A stretch of DNA of 64,000 nucleotides from an uncultured virus (IMG/VR IMGVR_UViG_3300008113_000017) (Duplodnaviria; Heunggongvirae; Uroviricota; Caudoviricetes), in the IMG/VR virus record IMGVR_UViG_3300008113_000017; one strand, 5' to 3'. Of the stretch, positions 48,455 through 58,077 are shown piece after piece. The number at the start of each line of letters is the position of its first letter. Within the stretch, counting starts at the first letter, position 1. Position numbers and translations under genes: made by a program. The notes beneath the pieces were generated by a model. The model did not search any database. It was not told the DNA's origin and saw only the letters and a program-made list of their open reading frames with translations.

Positions 48455-50083
48455 TCTTCCACCGGGATTACGATTGGGAATCCTTCCCAAACCACTTCGT
48501 GCTCTTCGTCGTCCTTAGGGTACCCAATGAAATCGTCTCCAATGAGATCTGGGTCTGCATCAATCTCAATCATGACTTCGTCAGGGTCTGCACTCTCTGA
48601 TTCGTAGAGTCCATCCAACTCAATGTTTGTTGCTACCCCATCAATAGTGACGTCCCAGTAAACGCGATACTTATATTTCTTCATAGAGCCAGTTTACTGT
48701 TGCAGGCATCGGAAGTCAAGAGGATCTCCTGGCGGCCGGAAACTTCTCACCAGCTCGTTAAAAGTTATGAAGGCGATCCGGATCTGAGCTCATCAGCTCA
48801 GCTGTTATTTCTTCGTTAAAAGTTTCCTGGATCTATCACGGGCAGCGCACAGTCGCTACATATGAAGTACTCGAGGTCCTCCCCGTCTACGTCTCCCAAC
48901 ACCAGGACACACGGTATGAAGTCTTCCTCGTGATAAGCTACGGCTTCTTTACAGTTCTCACAGAACTCATCGGATCTGAATATGACCAGTCCGGTATCCT
49001 CTGCTAGGTTAGCATCGGTTTCATCGTTAATAATGTGCAGCTCTACTTGTTGCATTTAGTACCTCCAATAAGATACTAATACACCCAGCGGTTAGGCTAT
49101 TTGGACGTGTGCTATACACTCGCCGCTCGATGCTCGCCGTACACTGCAGCGCGTAACTTCTAACGTAGTTTGTTAGAAGCTACCATCCTCTTCACGGTAC
49201 TGATCCGCTCGCCAGACAGACGGTGAATGGTTCTCCTCGACGTCCCGTTTCATAGACTCATCCTCGTACATACGTACAACGTGATAACAAGGGTCCTCGC
49301 CGTTATCGTAGGCTTCGTCTTCCTGAGCTGACGTTGGCAGGCCGTCATGCGGTACACATACCGGTGGTCCTACCCAACCTTCACGCAGGCCGATCTTCAT
49401 CCAGACGTCAAAAGTGATTTCGTTAAAAGTGGTGTCATTCATGAGCTCATCCTAACATGCCTCGCCGTCAAAGTCAACTTACAACCTTGCACAGCGTTTC
49501 GTGAATTGTGCAAGCTCTGCTAGCTCGCCGTTATGTTTAATCCGACCGTAAAACCTTCCCGCGGATTGGGTGAAAATAGTCTTCTCATCAAAGATGATCC
49601 CGATCTCGTAAAGCAGTGCTTCAACTTCTGACGAAGACAGTGATGAGAATCCCAGTCCCATGTAGATCGATTTGTAGTGGGAGTCCCGTTTGTAGACTTC
49701 AAGCACATATTCGACTGGCCGTGCTTCAGGCCGCTTTCGAATCATAATCTCTTTATGTGCTTTCATACCACGCTGTGCAATGGTGAGTGCTGATTGCATT
49801 AGTCGTCCTCCTCATCGATCTCACGTAGAACCTTGAATCCTACATACTCGAGGATGGTTGTTTTTGCCAGCTCGTACTGCTCCTGGTTGTCAAAGTAGAA
49901 ACCAATCCTGTGGTCAACGTCAAAGTTCTCATCAAACACTGCGATGCCATCTCCAATGGCAACTAGAATTTCATGCTCTTCATACATTGGGTGGGCGGGG
50001 TCTTCATACTCTGTAATCATGACGTCGACGTATGTGAGTCGATTGTCAGGGTCGAGCGTGTAATCGTAATCGTAATTTGTCAT
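48451..50083 (-). CDS. Run of small mostly acidic genes (48451..48684, 48816..49055, 49173..49442, 49479..49799, 49799..50083)
   Basis: ORF track; leaderless -10 boxes at 48684 and 49442; GGAGG/AAGGAG RBS at 49055 and 50083. Confidence 0.6.
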
Positions 50084-50290
50084 TCGTTGTCTCCTTCAAA
50101 CTCGACGTTATCATAAGTGCCCTCTTCTTTGCAAGGTTCGCAAATCCAGATGGTGGTGCCATCGATCCCTGGTGCTCCATAACTGGCAGTCATTTCATGA
50201 CAGTTGTCGCAGACGTACTCGTCTTTGGGCTGAATCATAATTCTCCTAACTTAGGTGTAGTTGAATAATAACTCCGGCCCTACAGGTTTG

Positions 50291-51091
50291 TCAAGTCAAA
50301 ACAGAAAAAAGTTTTGTTTTCGCAGAAAGTGCTAGCAAGCTGTTTTGATCGGGGAGACCAGTTGCATCGTCTCCAACATAACCAATCTTTCGTTGGAAGT
50401 TTGCGAAGGCGCTACGCGTCTGAGCGTCGTAAGTTCCTCTCTTCGCATTCCGGAGTCCGACTTCTTGAGCCAAGGCCAGCTGGATGAGCTCGACGTCCCG
50501 GCAAGGTTTTAACGAAAGAACTCGTGATAAGTTTACCGGAGGCTGCCGGATCTCCCCCTCCGGATCTTTCAACCGGTTTCGTGAAAAGTCTGGACGTCCA
50601 AAGCCCAGCACATCCGTCAGGTACCTGGTGCGTTCAAAGATTCCGTTACGGTCCTGAGGTCCCTTCAGCAGTCCAGTGTCAACGTTAGCTTCGATCGTTT
50701 TAAAGCTTCCGTTAAAAGTTACACCCGTCACGTCTGTGACGATCCCCACATGTGGCATCTCGAAATGGGCACCCGTTGAGAAGTTAAAGAAGACGACGTC
50801 TCCTGGTTTGGGATTCACGTAAAGTCGACCCGTTCGTAAAAAGTTTGCTGCAGCAGCTGGGGTATACACGCAACTGGGAATATCGACGTCGGTTACCTTC
50901 GCTACGTAATCAATAAACGATCCAGACCAAGGCTGGCCGCTATACCCGCTACGCTCGCCGTAGTACGATACACGTCCAGCTTGGCTTCTATAACCCAGAT
51001 GGCTCGCCGCCTCCTCCAGGAATGCACGTAACTTTTCACGACGTCCGTTAGATCCAGATCCAGATCCAGATCTTCCTCGCCGGCTAAACAT
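50291..51091 (-). CDS. CHAP-like domain plus peptidoglycan-binding-like domain; catalytic Cys position is Ser
   Basis: AASHLGY...YGE..GY.GQPWSGSFI, PKPGDVVFF, HVGIV, TIEAN; C-terminal IQLALAQ...GTYDAQTRSAFANFQRKIG. Confidence 0.75.
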   Translation of the reverse strand: MFSRRGRSGSGSGSNGRREKLRAFLEEAASHLGYRSQAGRVSYYGERSGYSGQPWSGSFIDYVAKVTDVDIPSCVYTPAAAANFLRTGRLYVNPKPGDVVFFNFSTGAHFEMPHVGIVTDVTGVTFNGSFKTIEANVDTGLLKGPQDRNGIFERTRYLTDVLGFGRPDFSRNRLKDPEGEIRQPPVNLSRVLSLKPCRDVELIQLALAQEVGLRNAKRGTYDAQTRSAFANFQRKIGYVGDDATGLPDQNSLLALSAKTKLFSVLT

Positions 51092-51252
51092 TTACTGCTC
51101 CGTTAAAAGTTTCTCCAGGTAGCTCACCAGGTGCTGAGCTTCGTTGGCTCGAGTCGTCATGCGTATGTGATCGACGCGGTTTGCTGCCTGGCGAATGTCT
51201 TCTTCCAGACGTTGGGCATGTTCCCTGGCCGCTTCTAAAATTTGTTCCACGG

Positions 51253-52236
51253 TCACTCCTTGACCTCGTTTGTATTGTTGTCATTCTCTTCGCTTTCTAC
51301 GATCTCTGCATCTACTATATCATCTCGAACGTCCGTTTCAACCTCTACAGTGACACCCGTTGCTGCAAGGCTGGCCGCGTTTGACATGGCGTTGACGGCT
51401 AGCCGGTTCAGACGTTCAGCAATGATACTAGCAGCTGGACGTACGTCTAGGTTAACGTTCGCATCTAACTCTACACCACCACGCACGCCTGCGCGATCCA
51501 GAATCTCAGTGGCGGCTTTTAATTTTACCGGCTCAGATTCTGCGTTCGACATCATGTCTTCGAGAACGTCGACGGCGTAGGGAGCTGCCTGGGTTAACTT
51601 TGCACGAGCTCGTTCGATGTCATCTCCCGGACGTCTCTTCAAACTTCCTAGGTGGATCCGACACAGGCCGTCATCAGTCAGACGTCCAGAAGACCAAAGT
51701 TGGCAGCGGATCCCGTCGTCTTTGATTGCGTTGCATCTGTGAGGGAGGGCGGCTGGCTTACGTTTAGAACTTTTAACGGGTTCCGTTTGTTCTTTGATCC
51801 AGGATCTGGTAGCACCGATGACCCAAGGCGGTACGAGGTAGTCGGTTGATTCTTCTGCGATGAGATCGTATCCGATGAGGTAGTCGGAGTTCTTATTTGA
51901 TGGGTCCGTTAAAAGTGGTTTCTTTTCTGCAAGGCTCAACACTCGACGTTCGGTTAACATCTCGGAGCTGATGGCTTGGATCAATCCGGTTGGGACTCCG
52001 TTAGTGGCGTAGACAGGAGCCCAGTTTAGTTTCGATCGACGTAAGATGGCACGGTTCTCATACGTATCTTCACAAACACCACGGTCAGACTCTTGGATAC
52101 CTAGCAGGGACAGATCTGGACGTAGGTTAATCGGTTCATCAATACGAACGTCGGGCTTCTCTATTTCGGGGGCGGAAAATGGGTTCGTATCCTCGCCGCT
52201 ATCCTCGCCGGGGTCGACGTTTGTTGGGTCTGTCAT
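51253..52236 (-). CDS. Probable terminase small subunit
   Basis: RCNAIKDDGIRC...CRIHLG followed by AVDVLEDMM...VKLKAATEILDRAG, the pattern of actinophage TerS-like proteins. Confidence 0.55.
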   Translation of the reverse strand: MTDPTNVDPGEDSGEDTNPFSAPEIEKPDVRIDEPINLRPDLSLLGIQESDRGVCEDTYENRAILRRSKLNWAPVYATNGVPTGLIQAISSEMLTERRVLSLAEKKPLLTDPSNKNSDYLIGYDLIAEESTDYLVPPWVIGATRSWIKEQTEPVKSSKRKPAALPHRCNAIKDDGIRCQLWSSGRLTDDGLCRIHLGSLKRRPGDDIERARAKLTQAAPYAVDVLEDMMSNAESEPVKLKAATEILDRAGVRGGVELDANVNLDVRPAASIIAERLNRLAVNAMSNAASLAATGVTVEVETDVRDDIVDAEIVESEENDNNTNEVKE

Positions 52237-52474
52237 ATGGACGTCCGTTCTAAGACTGGCCGCACCGCGGGGAGAGACATGGTGCGACCAGCCGATTTTT
52301 GCGTAAGGTGCTACGCGGTAAGGGGTCTCTTCCCGACGTCACCAATTTGCATTTTCGGTGACGGTACTAGTATGGTGGAAAAGTTTTTTGGGTGAGTTGA
52401 GGGTGACGCGCACCTTCCGTTTACAAACAACGGAAAAGCCCCCATAAAATCAAGGATCTTACAGGGGCTGGCCG

Positions 52475-52759
52475 TTATTTAAAATTGATCGGAGGCGGTC
52501 CATCTAACTTGATAAAGTTACCGTTTTTATCTCTCGGTTGTTTATCCCAATTGAGGTTGTATAGCTTGGACTTCCGTTCAACACCTTTTGCTAATTCTCG
52601 TAGAACTTCATTTAGATCGACGTGATAGTAGCGAGAACCCGGTTTAATTGGATGACGTTTTACGTATCCTCGCCGGATCATGTATCCAATCATGCTGATT
52701 GAAACATTTGAGTAGTAAGCAGCAGTTTTTGAGTTAACTAGTTTTACTTCTTCTTGCAT
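52475..52759 (-). CDS. MerR/excisionase-like HTH protein
   Basis: AAYYSNVSISMIGYMIRRGYV...YHVDLNEV; C-terminal QPRDKNGNF. Confidence 0.6.
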   Translation of the reverse strand: MQEEVKLVNSKTAAYYSNVSISMIGYMIRRGYVKRHPIKPGSRYYHVDLNEVLRELAKGVERKSKLYNLNWDKQPRDKNGNFIKLDGPPPINFK

Positions 52760-52983
52760 TTACAATTACCCCCACCACAGCATCCGCTGTCTGGTTTTTC
52801 TGCATCAAGAAAAATCCACCTACCCTTTGCATCCCTGGCCGGTTTATCGAGAAGGGATTGAATCTTTTGGGCTTCAAATCTAGCAAGTGCTTTATCTAGT
52901 TCTGCCCAAGCAGCATCTACATTTTTTCTTCTCCTGCGTTCAGCCCAGTTGCGTCCAAAGATCTTACGAAAGAACTTCTTCAT
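52744..52983 (-). CDS. Hypothetical basic protein
   Basis: PARDAKGRW; CCGGGNCKC tail. Confidence 0.55.
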   Translation of the reverse strand: MKKFFRKIFGRNWAERRRRKNVDAAWAELDKALARFEAQKIQSLLDKPARDAKGRWIFLDAEKPDSGCCGGGNCKCKKK

Positions 52984-52985
52984 GA

Positions 52986-53264
52986 CTACTTGCTGTTCTT
53001 CTTAGGAGCTGGCTTCTTAGGAGCTGGCTTCTTAGCGGTTGGAGCAGTTGGCTTCTTAGCTACTGGCTTCTTCGCTGTTGAGGTTGCTGGCTTCTTTTTC
53101 GGAGTTGCCTTCTGAACCTTCGGTAGTTCCACCTTCTTGGTGGTCTCCTTCAGAGTTGAGAAGTCCGTTTTCTGAATCAGATCCTTCACCTGTTCCGGGC
53201 TCAGAATTGTTACTTGGTTCTCCTTCGAGAACGCCTTCTTGATTTGATTGAATAGATTTTTCAT
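52986..53264 (-). CDS. Protein with histone-like PAKK-repeat tail
   Basis: AAAAGG RBS before ATG 53264; KKPAT/KKPVA/KKPAP repeats. Confidence 0.65.
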   Translation of the reverse strand: MKNLFNQIKKAFSKENQVTILSPEQVKDLIQKTDFSTLKETTKKVELPKVQKATPKKKPATSTAKKPVAKKPTAPTAKKPAPKKPAPKKNSK

Positions 53265-53415
53265 TACCTTTTTCTTTCTCTTGTTTATTACAAGTTTTGC
53301 AATAGCAGTACCACACACTGTCGTACCACTTAATTTCTGGTCTACACAATTCGTGCGTGTTGGTATAGCAATACCCACATACTCGAGTTGTGTCTGTTTC
53401 CTTTTCTTTTGCCAC
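53056..53415 (-). CDS. Zinc-finger protein overlapping the histone-like gene
   Basis: CGYC...HELC...CYCKTC; GTG start 2 nt after the upstream stop. Confidence 0.5.
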   Translation of the reverse strand: MAKEKETDTTRVCGYCYTNTHELCRPEIKWYDSVWYCYCKTCNKQEKEKGNEKSIQSNQEGVLEGEPSNNSEPGTGEGSDSENGLLNSEGDHQEGGTTEGSEGNSEKEASNLNSEEASS

Positions 53416-53417
53416 AG

Positions 53418-54089
53418 CTACCTAACTACATAAATAGTCTCTTTGTGGTGCTTGACTTTTACCGTTGGGTCGGCCCAAACAGTAAATCCGTTTCTCCTGG
53501 CATTCATGCACCAAGAATAATCTTCTCCTACATTGCACTCAAAGTCAAGTTGATCCCACTTAACTCCTTGAATCCTGAACCATGGTCTGTCGCACTTCTC
53601 GAAAACACCGGACTTAATGGCAATAAATCCAAACCCTAGACCGAACACTTCTACTGGATCATCCTTCATAAAGAACGACAGCTCGTTGGTTAGAGTCGGT
53701 CTACCCTTGTCATCAAAAAATGCACAGGCTAATGTACCCATTGGATCTGTTCTGTACAATCCGCCAACAATATCTAAATCTGATTTGAGCAGCTTCTCAA
53801 ACTCAGCAATATCCCATGAGATATCTGAATCAATCCAAAAGATCTTGTCGTAAGTATATTTACCTGCACCAACTTCTCTGGTGACCCAATCGTTTTCCCA
53901 TTGGTCAAGTGCGGTAATTTCTCTTGCACTTGGAATGAACGAAGAATACTTATTCAACCACTTGTATGTGTATCCGTTCTCGGTTAACCAATTGATCGTA
54001 TCTAGCAGACTTCGCACATACTCAGGGTTTAGTGAACTACCTGGAGTAGCAATTAAAACGTTATAGTGCTTCTTCTGGCTTGCAGACAC
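53418..54089 (-). CDS. GT-A fold glycosyltransferase-like protein
   Basis: VLIATP, FWIDSDI, IVGGLY, GLGFGFIAIK, GEDYSWC. Confidence 0.8.
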   Translation of the reverse strand: MSASQKKHYNVLIATPGSSLNPEYVRSLLDTINWLTENGYTYKWLNKYSSFIPSAREITALDQWENDWVTREVGAGKYTYDKIFWIDSDISWDIAEFEKLLKSDLDIVGGLYRTDPMGTLACAFFDDKGRPTLTNELSFFMKDDPVEVFGLGFGFIAIKSGVFEKCDRPWFRIQGVKWDQLDFECNVGEDYSWCMNARRNGFTVWADPTVKVKHHKETIYVVR

Positions 54090-54327
54090 TTAACCATCCT
54101 TCAACTAGTGATTGAAATTGTGGAACCGTTAGATTTGATAGTACTGCCACATCTTCTGGATTTACAAGCAGATAGTAGAACAGCTCGTATGTATCAACAA
54201 GCTTCTTACTTTCATCTGCCTTTTCTAGAGCGATTGCGGCTAGAACTGAAATGCTATCTAGGTGGCTCAAGTTTAGTGACTTTTCTGGAGCATACTCCAC
54301 GGTCACATATTTTCTTTCGTCAGACAT
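54061..54327 (-). CDS. Hypothetical protein
   Basis: ORF overlapping the start of the next gene. Confidence 0.5.
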   Translation of the reverse strand: MSDERKYVTVEYAPEKSLNLSHLDSISVLAAIALEKADESKKLVDTYELFYYLLVNPEDVAVLSNLTVPQFQSLVEGWLSVCKPEEAL

Positions 54328-54480
54328 TGAACATTCTTTCTTTTACAGCCCGGACATCTTTACCAATTGATCCTAGCTTATAAAACAAGATAAAGGCGAA
54401 CATCAACACGGCCCCTACAATCATTAGGAAAAGCACGATTTTGATTGGCCAAACGAAAAAGATATTGAAAAAGGTTTTCA

Positions 54481-54936
54481 TTAGATTTCCGATCTACATT
54501 GTTTGCACAGAAGCTTATCGTAACCTGTCGGCTCTTCCATTGCAACCCCCCGCTGGCTAACTGCCACTGGAGCAATTGGCCCACCAACTCCACATCGATC
54601 ACACTTCATATCAATCAGCCACTCGACTTCTCTGCCATCAGCAATGGCCTTCTTCAGTCCTCGGCCTAAAGCGTGTAAAGGTCCTTGACCTTCGGTTTTT
54701 CTCAAGAAAGATCTTGTGTCTGAAGTTCTCAGAACAACTCGTTGCTCTTTGCATGGACATTCCATCCTGGTTGGTTTACAAAATACCAATCCGGCAACTA
54801 AAGTATGTCTGGTTATCGGATGTCCACAAACACAGATTCTGCCATCTCGATCTCTACCTGGAACTAAATTTTTCTCAGCTTCTTCTACTTCTTCAAACGT
54901 AAAATCTACGTACGAAAATGGATCTTTTTCTGTCAT
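54481..54936 (-). CDS. Cys-rich zinc-binding protein
   Basis: CVCGH...H...C...CPC; CDRC; CKQC; AAGGAG RBS. Confidence 0.7.
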   Translation of the reverse strand: MTEKDPFSYVDFTFEEVEEAEKNLVPGRDRDGRICVCGHPITRHTLVAGLVFCKPTRMECPCKEQRVVLRTSDTRSFLRKTEGQGPLHALGRGLKKAIADGREVEWLIDMKCDRCGVGGPIAPVAVSQRGVAMEEPTGYDKLLCKQCRSEI

Positions 54937-55037
54937 AAAAACTCCTTCTTAAAAATTTGACAACTTCATCCTAACACAAGTCGATCCATGTATCTCATGA
55001 AACACCATGAAAAACACATGAAAAACATAATCAAACC

Positions 55038-55130
55038 CATGTAACCATGTAAGTCAACTATAGTTTCAGTTAACGCAGAATTGAACTCTATACGCGTAGT
55101 AAAACTATAGTTGTATTACATGGTTACATG
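55038..55130. repeat. 29-bp-arm imperfect inverted repeat in divergent intergenic region
   Basis: CATGTAACCATGTAA-GT-CAACTATAGTTT / AAACTATAGTTG-TA-TTACATGGTTACATG. Confidence 0.85.
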
Positions 55131-55356
55131 ACTATGTATAGCAACTTTTTTAAAACTATTTTCAAATTTTTTACTAGTATCTCTTTGTAGCAGATTTCTC
55201 GATCTTGTACAGCTTTTTGCTTTTCCCTAAATATACAGCAGTAGGATTAAAGTTGAAATTATACACTACGTCTTTTTCAAAACCCTCTTCTTTTATACAA
55301 ATTTATATAAAAGATGTCCAATAATCCCACTTCATTTTTGAGTATAAAATAGACTC

Positions 55357-55563
55357 ATGTCAGAGAATTTTGAACCCGAAGCAATCCTAGATAAGATCGC
55401 TTTGTGCTCAATCGTGATCGACCAGATCAAAGAAGAATACGAAATAACTCCTGACCCTGATCAACGCGCAGACTTGTTATTAGCGGTTGAGGGTTTAGCA
55501 GATAATGTAGCTCGCTTAGTGATGGACGTTCGTGATAAAGTCTGGAACCATCCAAAAGTTTAA
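55357..55563 (+). CDS. Hypothetical protein
   Basis: Leaderless TAAAAT-6nt-ATG. Confidence 0.6.
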   Translation: MSENFEPEAILDKIALCSIVIDQIKEEYEITPDPDQRADLLLAVEGLADNVARLVMDVRDKVWNHPKV

Positions 55564-55588
55564 CAACTAAATCATAGAAAGTACTTAA

Positions 55589-58075
55589 ATGAGACTCCGC
55601 CCAGTAAAGGGCGAGGGAGAGCGCTCGAAGTCATTATTGAAAAAAGGACCGTTGCTTATTGCAACGGCCCTCTTTATCGGCTATCCGGTTTGTATAGCCC
55701 AAGCGGTTACTACTTCTTCCGCTTTAGGACTGCCAATACAGCAGCAAGGACAAATACAGAAACCCATCCAGCTACAAACCCAACCCAAAAACTATCTAAG
55801 TTTACGGTCAATTGCATCGTTACCCTCCAATCAGGAAATCAGTACTCTTGAGTCTACTCTTAATTCCTACAAAGCACAACTCAAAACGCTAAAATCTTCT
55901 ACCCCTCTAGACCCATCTTTTTCAGCCGAAATAGCCCAGAAAGTCCAAATCCTAGAGACCAAGATCCAGTCCCTAGAAACCAAGATCCAACGTCTAAAAG
56001 ACAGCCTAGTATCCCTACAATTAGCTAAAGACACCCTTTCTTCCGCTATTGCTACCCTGGACGTCGCCATAGCCACAGAATCGGCCGCTTTGACCAAATA
56101 CAACACAGCCAAGGCCAAACACGACCAAGATCTCTCAACCTTTACAGAAGCATCCTCGGCCCTTTCTAAAGCAGAATCAGCCCTACAAACAGCCACTTCT
56201 GACGCTTCTAAAGCCCTGGACGTCTACAACACAGCTTCAGCTAATAAGTCAGCTGCCCAGAACACTCTCAACCAAACGCAGCAAACTTTAAACGAAGCTC
56301 AAAACAAGTACGACACAGAGCTCATCCCAGATCCAACGTGGACAGCACCTACCTACCAAAAAGAACACATAAGAGTATTTCCAGAAACCATAATTGTTGT
56401 GGAAGTAACCACAACTACTCAGCAAAGCGAAAACATTCTTCCACCCCTAGACCACACGACTTGGTCTGGTGCTGGGACAGGTGCTCAAGGCTCACAGCCA
56501 ACTATCAACCAAGGCGTTGTTAAGTTCTCTTACATGATGCAGGGAGTTACTTCAACAGGACAAGTAAATTCTCCAGCAAACGAACCGTTTACGCTATCCG
56601 TTGATGTTAAGAACATGGATGCAAACAGAGGAATTCAAGACACCTACAAGATTGAACTATTCACCTACAACGTACAGGGACAGCAAAATGGCTACGCAAT
56701 CTTTAACTCACCTCAAGGCTGGCACGACTGGACAACCAGAACAATTAGCACAACTCCAACCTCTGACGTAGCTTCGTACAAAGTAGTTCTTTCTGCAATT
56801 GACGGAGGTTTTTGGTGGGGAACCTACGGCCCAGAAATGAAGAACCCAACTCTTTCTGCCACTACCACTACCACCACAATTACTTACAGAGAAGAAACAA
56901 TCTACCGCTACGAAACCTACTACACCACAGAACCAGTACTTGTTGAAGAAACCATCAACGTTTCAATCAACGAAGGCGGCTCACAAACGTTCACGGTTCC
57001 AGAAGGCGGAGTATTTGTTTCATCTTCCTTACGCTACGAGGCTAAAGACCGACCACAATGTGGCGTAAACATTGACCCCAATGTCCAAGGCAAAACCCAA
57101 GTAACCATTGCTGCCAGCAACGGAGTCTGGGGCGACCCTTGCGGCGGTTGGTACAAGCACGTCACAGGAACCATCACTTACCAAGTAGCTCCAACAGCAC
57201 CACTGATCCATAACCCGGCACTACTTCCGGCACTCCAAGAAGCACAAGCAGCATACGACGCAGCCGTCACAGCTAAGCAGAATGCTGACTCATCTTTCAA
57301 CGAAGCTCAGTCAGATCTTCAGGCAAAAGATGCAGCCAAAGCAACAGCAACACAGGCATACGAAGCTAGCTCGCTAAGCTTATTAGAAGCAACATCAAAC
57401 GAAGCTTCATCAAAAGTTTCAGAGGATGCAGCAGCTGCAGAGTATCAAGCAGCTAATACCCAAACACAATCTGCCACTGCATCAAAAACAGAAGCAGAAA
57501 GCTTAGTAGAAGCTGCAAAAAAAGAAGCTACAACTTCAAACGAAGACGCATTAGTCGATCCAACAATCTCTACGTCTCTGTTAGAAGTTCAGGATCTCAT
57601 CAACAAACCAGCTCCCACCCCTGAACCTGAACCTGAACCTGAACCTGAACCTGAAGGTTCTGCAGAGATTCCAGCGGTTATCGAAGATCTCATGGATGTC
57701 GACCTCGACAAAGTTGATCCTACAGAGCTAACTCCAGAACAGGCTACCCAACTTGTAGAAGCAGCCCTAGAAACCTTCGAGACAGCCGAAGAAGGTAGCC
57801 CAGAGTATGAACAGGCTCTTGACGCTCTTTACTTAGCAGCCGAGCAAGACGACATTGTTATAGACCCAGCCCTTGCAGATATTCCGGGTGTTGGACAGGC
57901 AGCCGCCGCAGTAATTGCAGTATTCAACATTGTTGGCAACGTTGGTGCTGACATTGCACCAGAGAAGCGTAAGAAAGCTCAGACATTAGTTGTAACGACA
58001 CTTGTTGTCGGACAGATAGCCCAGACAGCTGCCATGGCAACTGCCGCTTCGGGCGCAACATATAGGAGAAAATAA
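55589..58075 (+). CDS. Large exported or membrane-anchored coiled-coil protein with central beta-rich (carbohydrate-binding-like) domains
   Basis: N-terminal hydrophobic segment, Ala-rich heptads flanking Trp/Gly/Thr-rich domains, (PE)n linker, C-terminal hydrophobic helices. Confidence 0.7.
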   Translation: MRLRPVKGEGERSKSLLKKGPLLIATALFIGYPVCIAQAVTTSSALGLPIQQQGQIQKPIQLQTQPKNYLSLRSIASLPSNQEISTLESTLNSYKAQLKTLKSSTPLDPSFSAEIAQKVQILETKIQSLETKIQRLKDSLVSLQLAKDTLSSAIATLDVAIATESAALTKYNTAKAKHDQDLSTFTEASSALSKAESALQTATSDASKALDVYNTASANKSAAQNTLNQTQQTLNEAQNKYDTELIPDPTWTAPTYQKEHIRVFPETIIVVEVTTTTQQSENILPPLDHTTWSGAGTGAQGSQPTINQGVVKFSYMMQGVTSTGQVNSPANEPFTLSVDVKNMDANRGIQDTYKIELFTYNVQGQQNGYAIFNSPQGWHDWTTRTISTTPTSDVASYKVVLSAIDGGFWWGTYGPEMKNPTLSATTTTTTITYREETIYRYETYYTTEPVLVEETINVSINEGGSQTFTVPEGGVFVSSSLRYEAKDRPQCGVNIDPNVQGKTQVTIAASNGVWGDPCGGWYKHVTGTITYQVAPTAPLIHNPALLPALQEAQAAYDAAVTAKQNADSSFNEAQSDLQAKDAAKATATQAYEASSLSLLEATSNEASSKVSEDAAAAEYQAANTQTQSATASKTEAESLVEAAKKEATTSNEDALVDPTISTSLLEVQDLINKPAPTPEPEPEPEPEPEGSAEIPAVIEDLMDVDLDKVDPTELTPEQATQLVEAALETFETAEEGSPEYEQALDALYLAAEQDDIVIDPALADIPGVGQAAAAVIAVFNIVGNVGADIAPEKRKKAQTLVVTTLVVGQIAQTAAMATAASGATYRRK

Positions 58076-58077
58076 CA

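Noticed and set aside
23030..48810. Integron or diversity-generating retroelement as the explanation of the cassette array
   Set aside because: No integrase or reverse transcriptase in the window, no attC-like GTTRRRY-bounded hairpins noticed, and the cassettes carry their own promoters and terminators.
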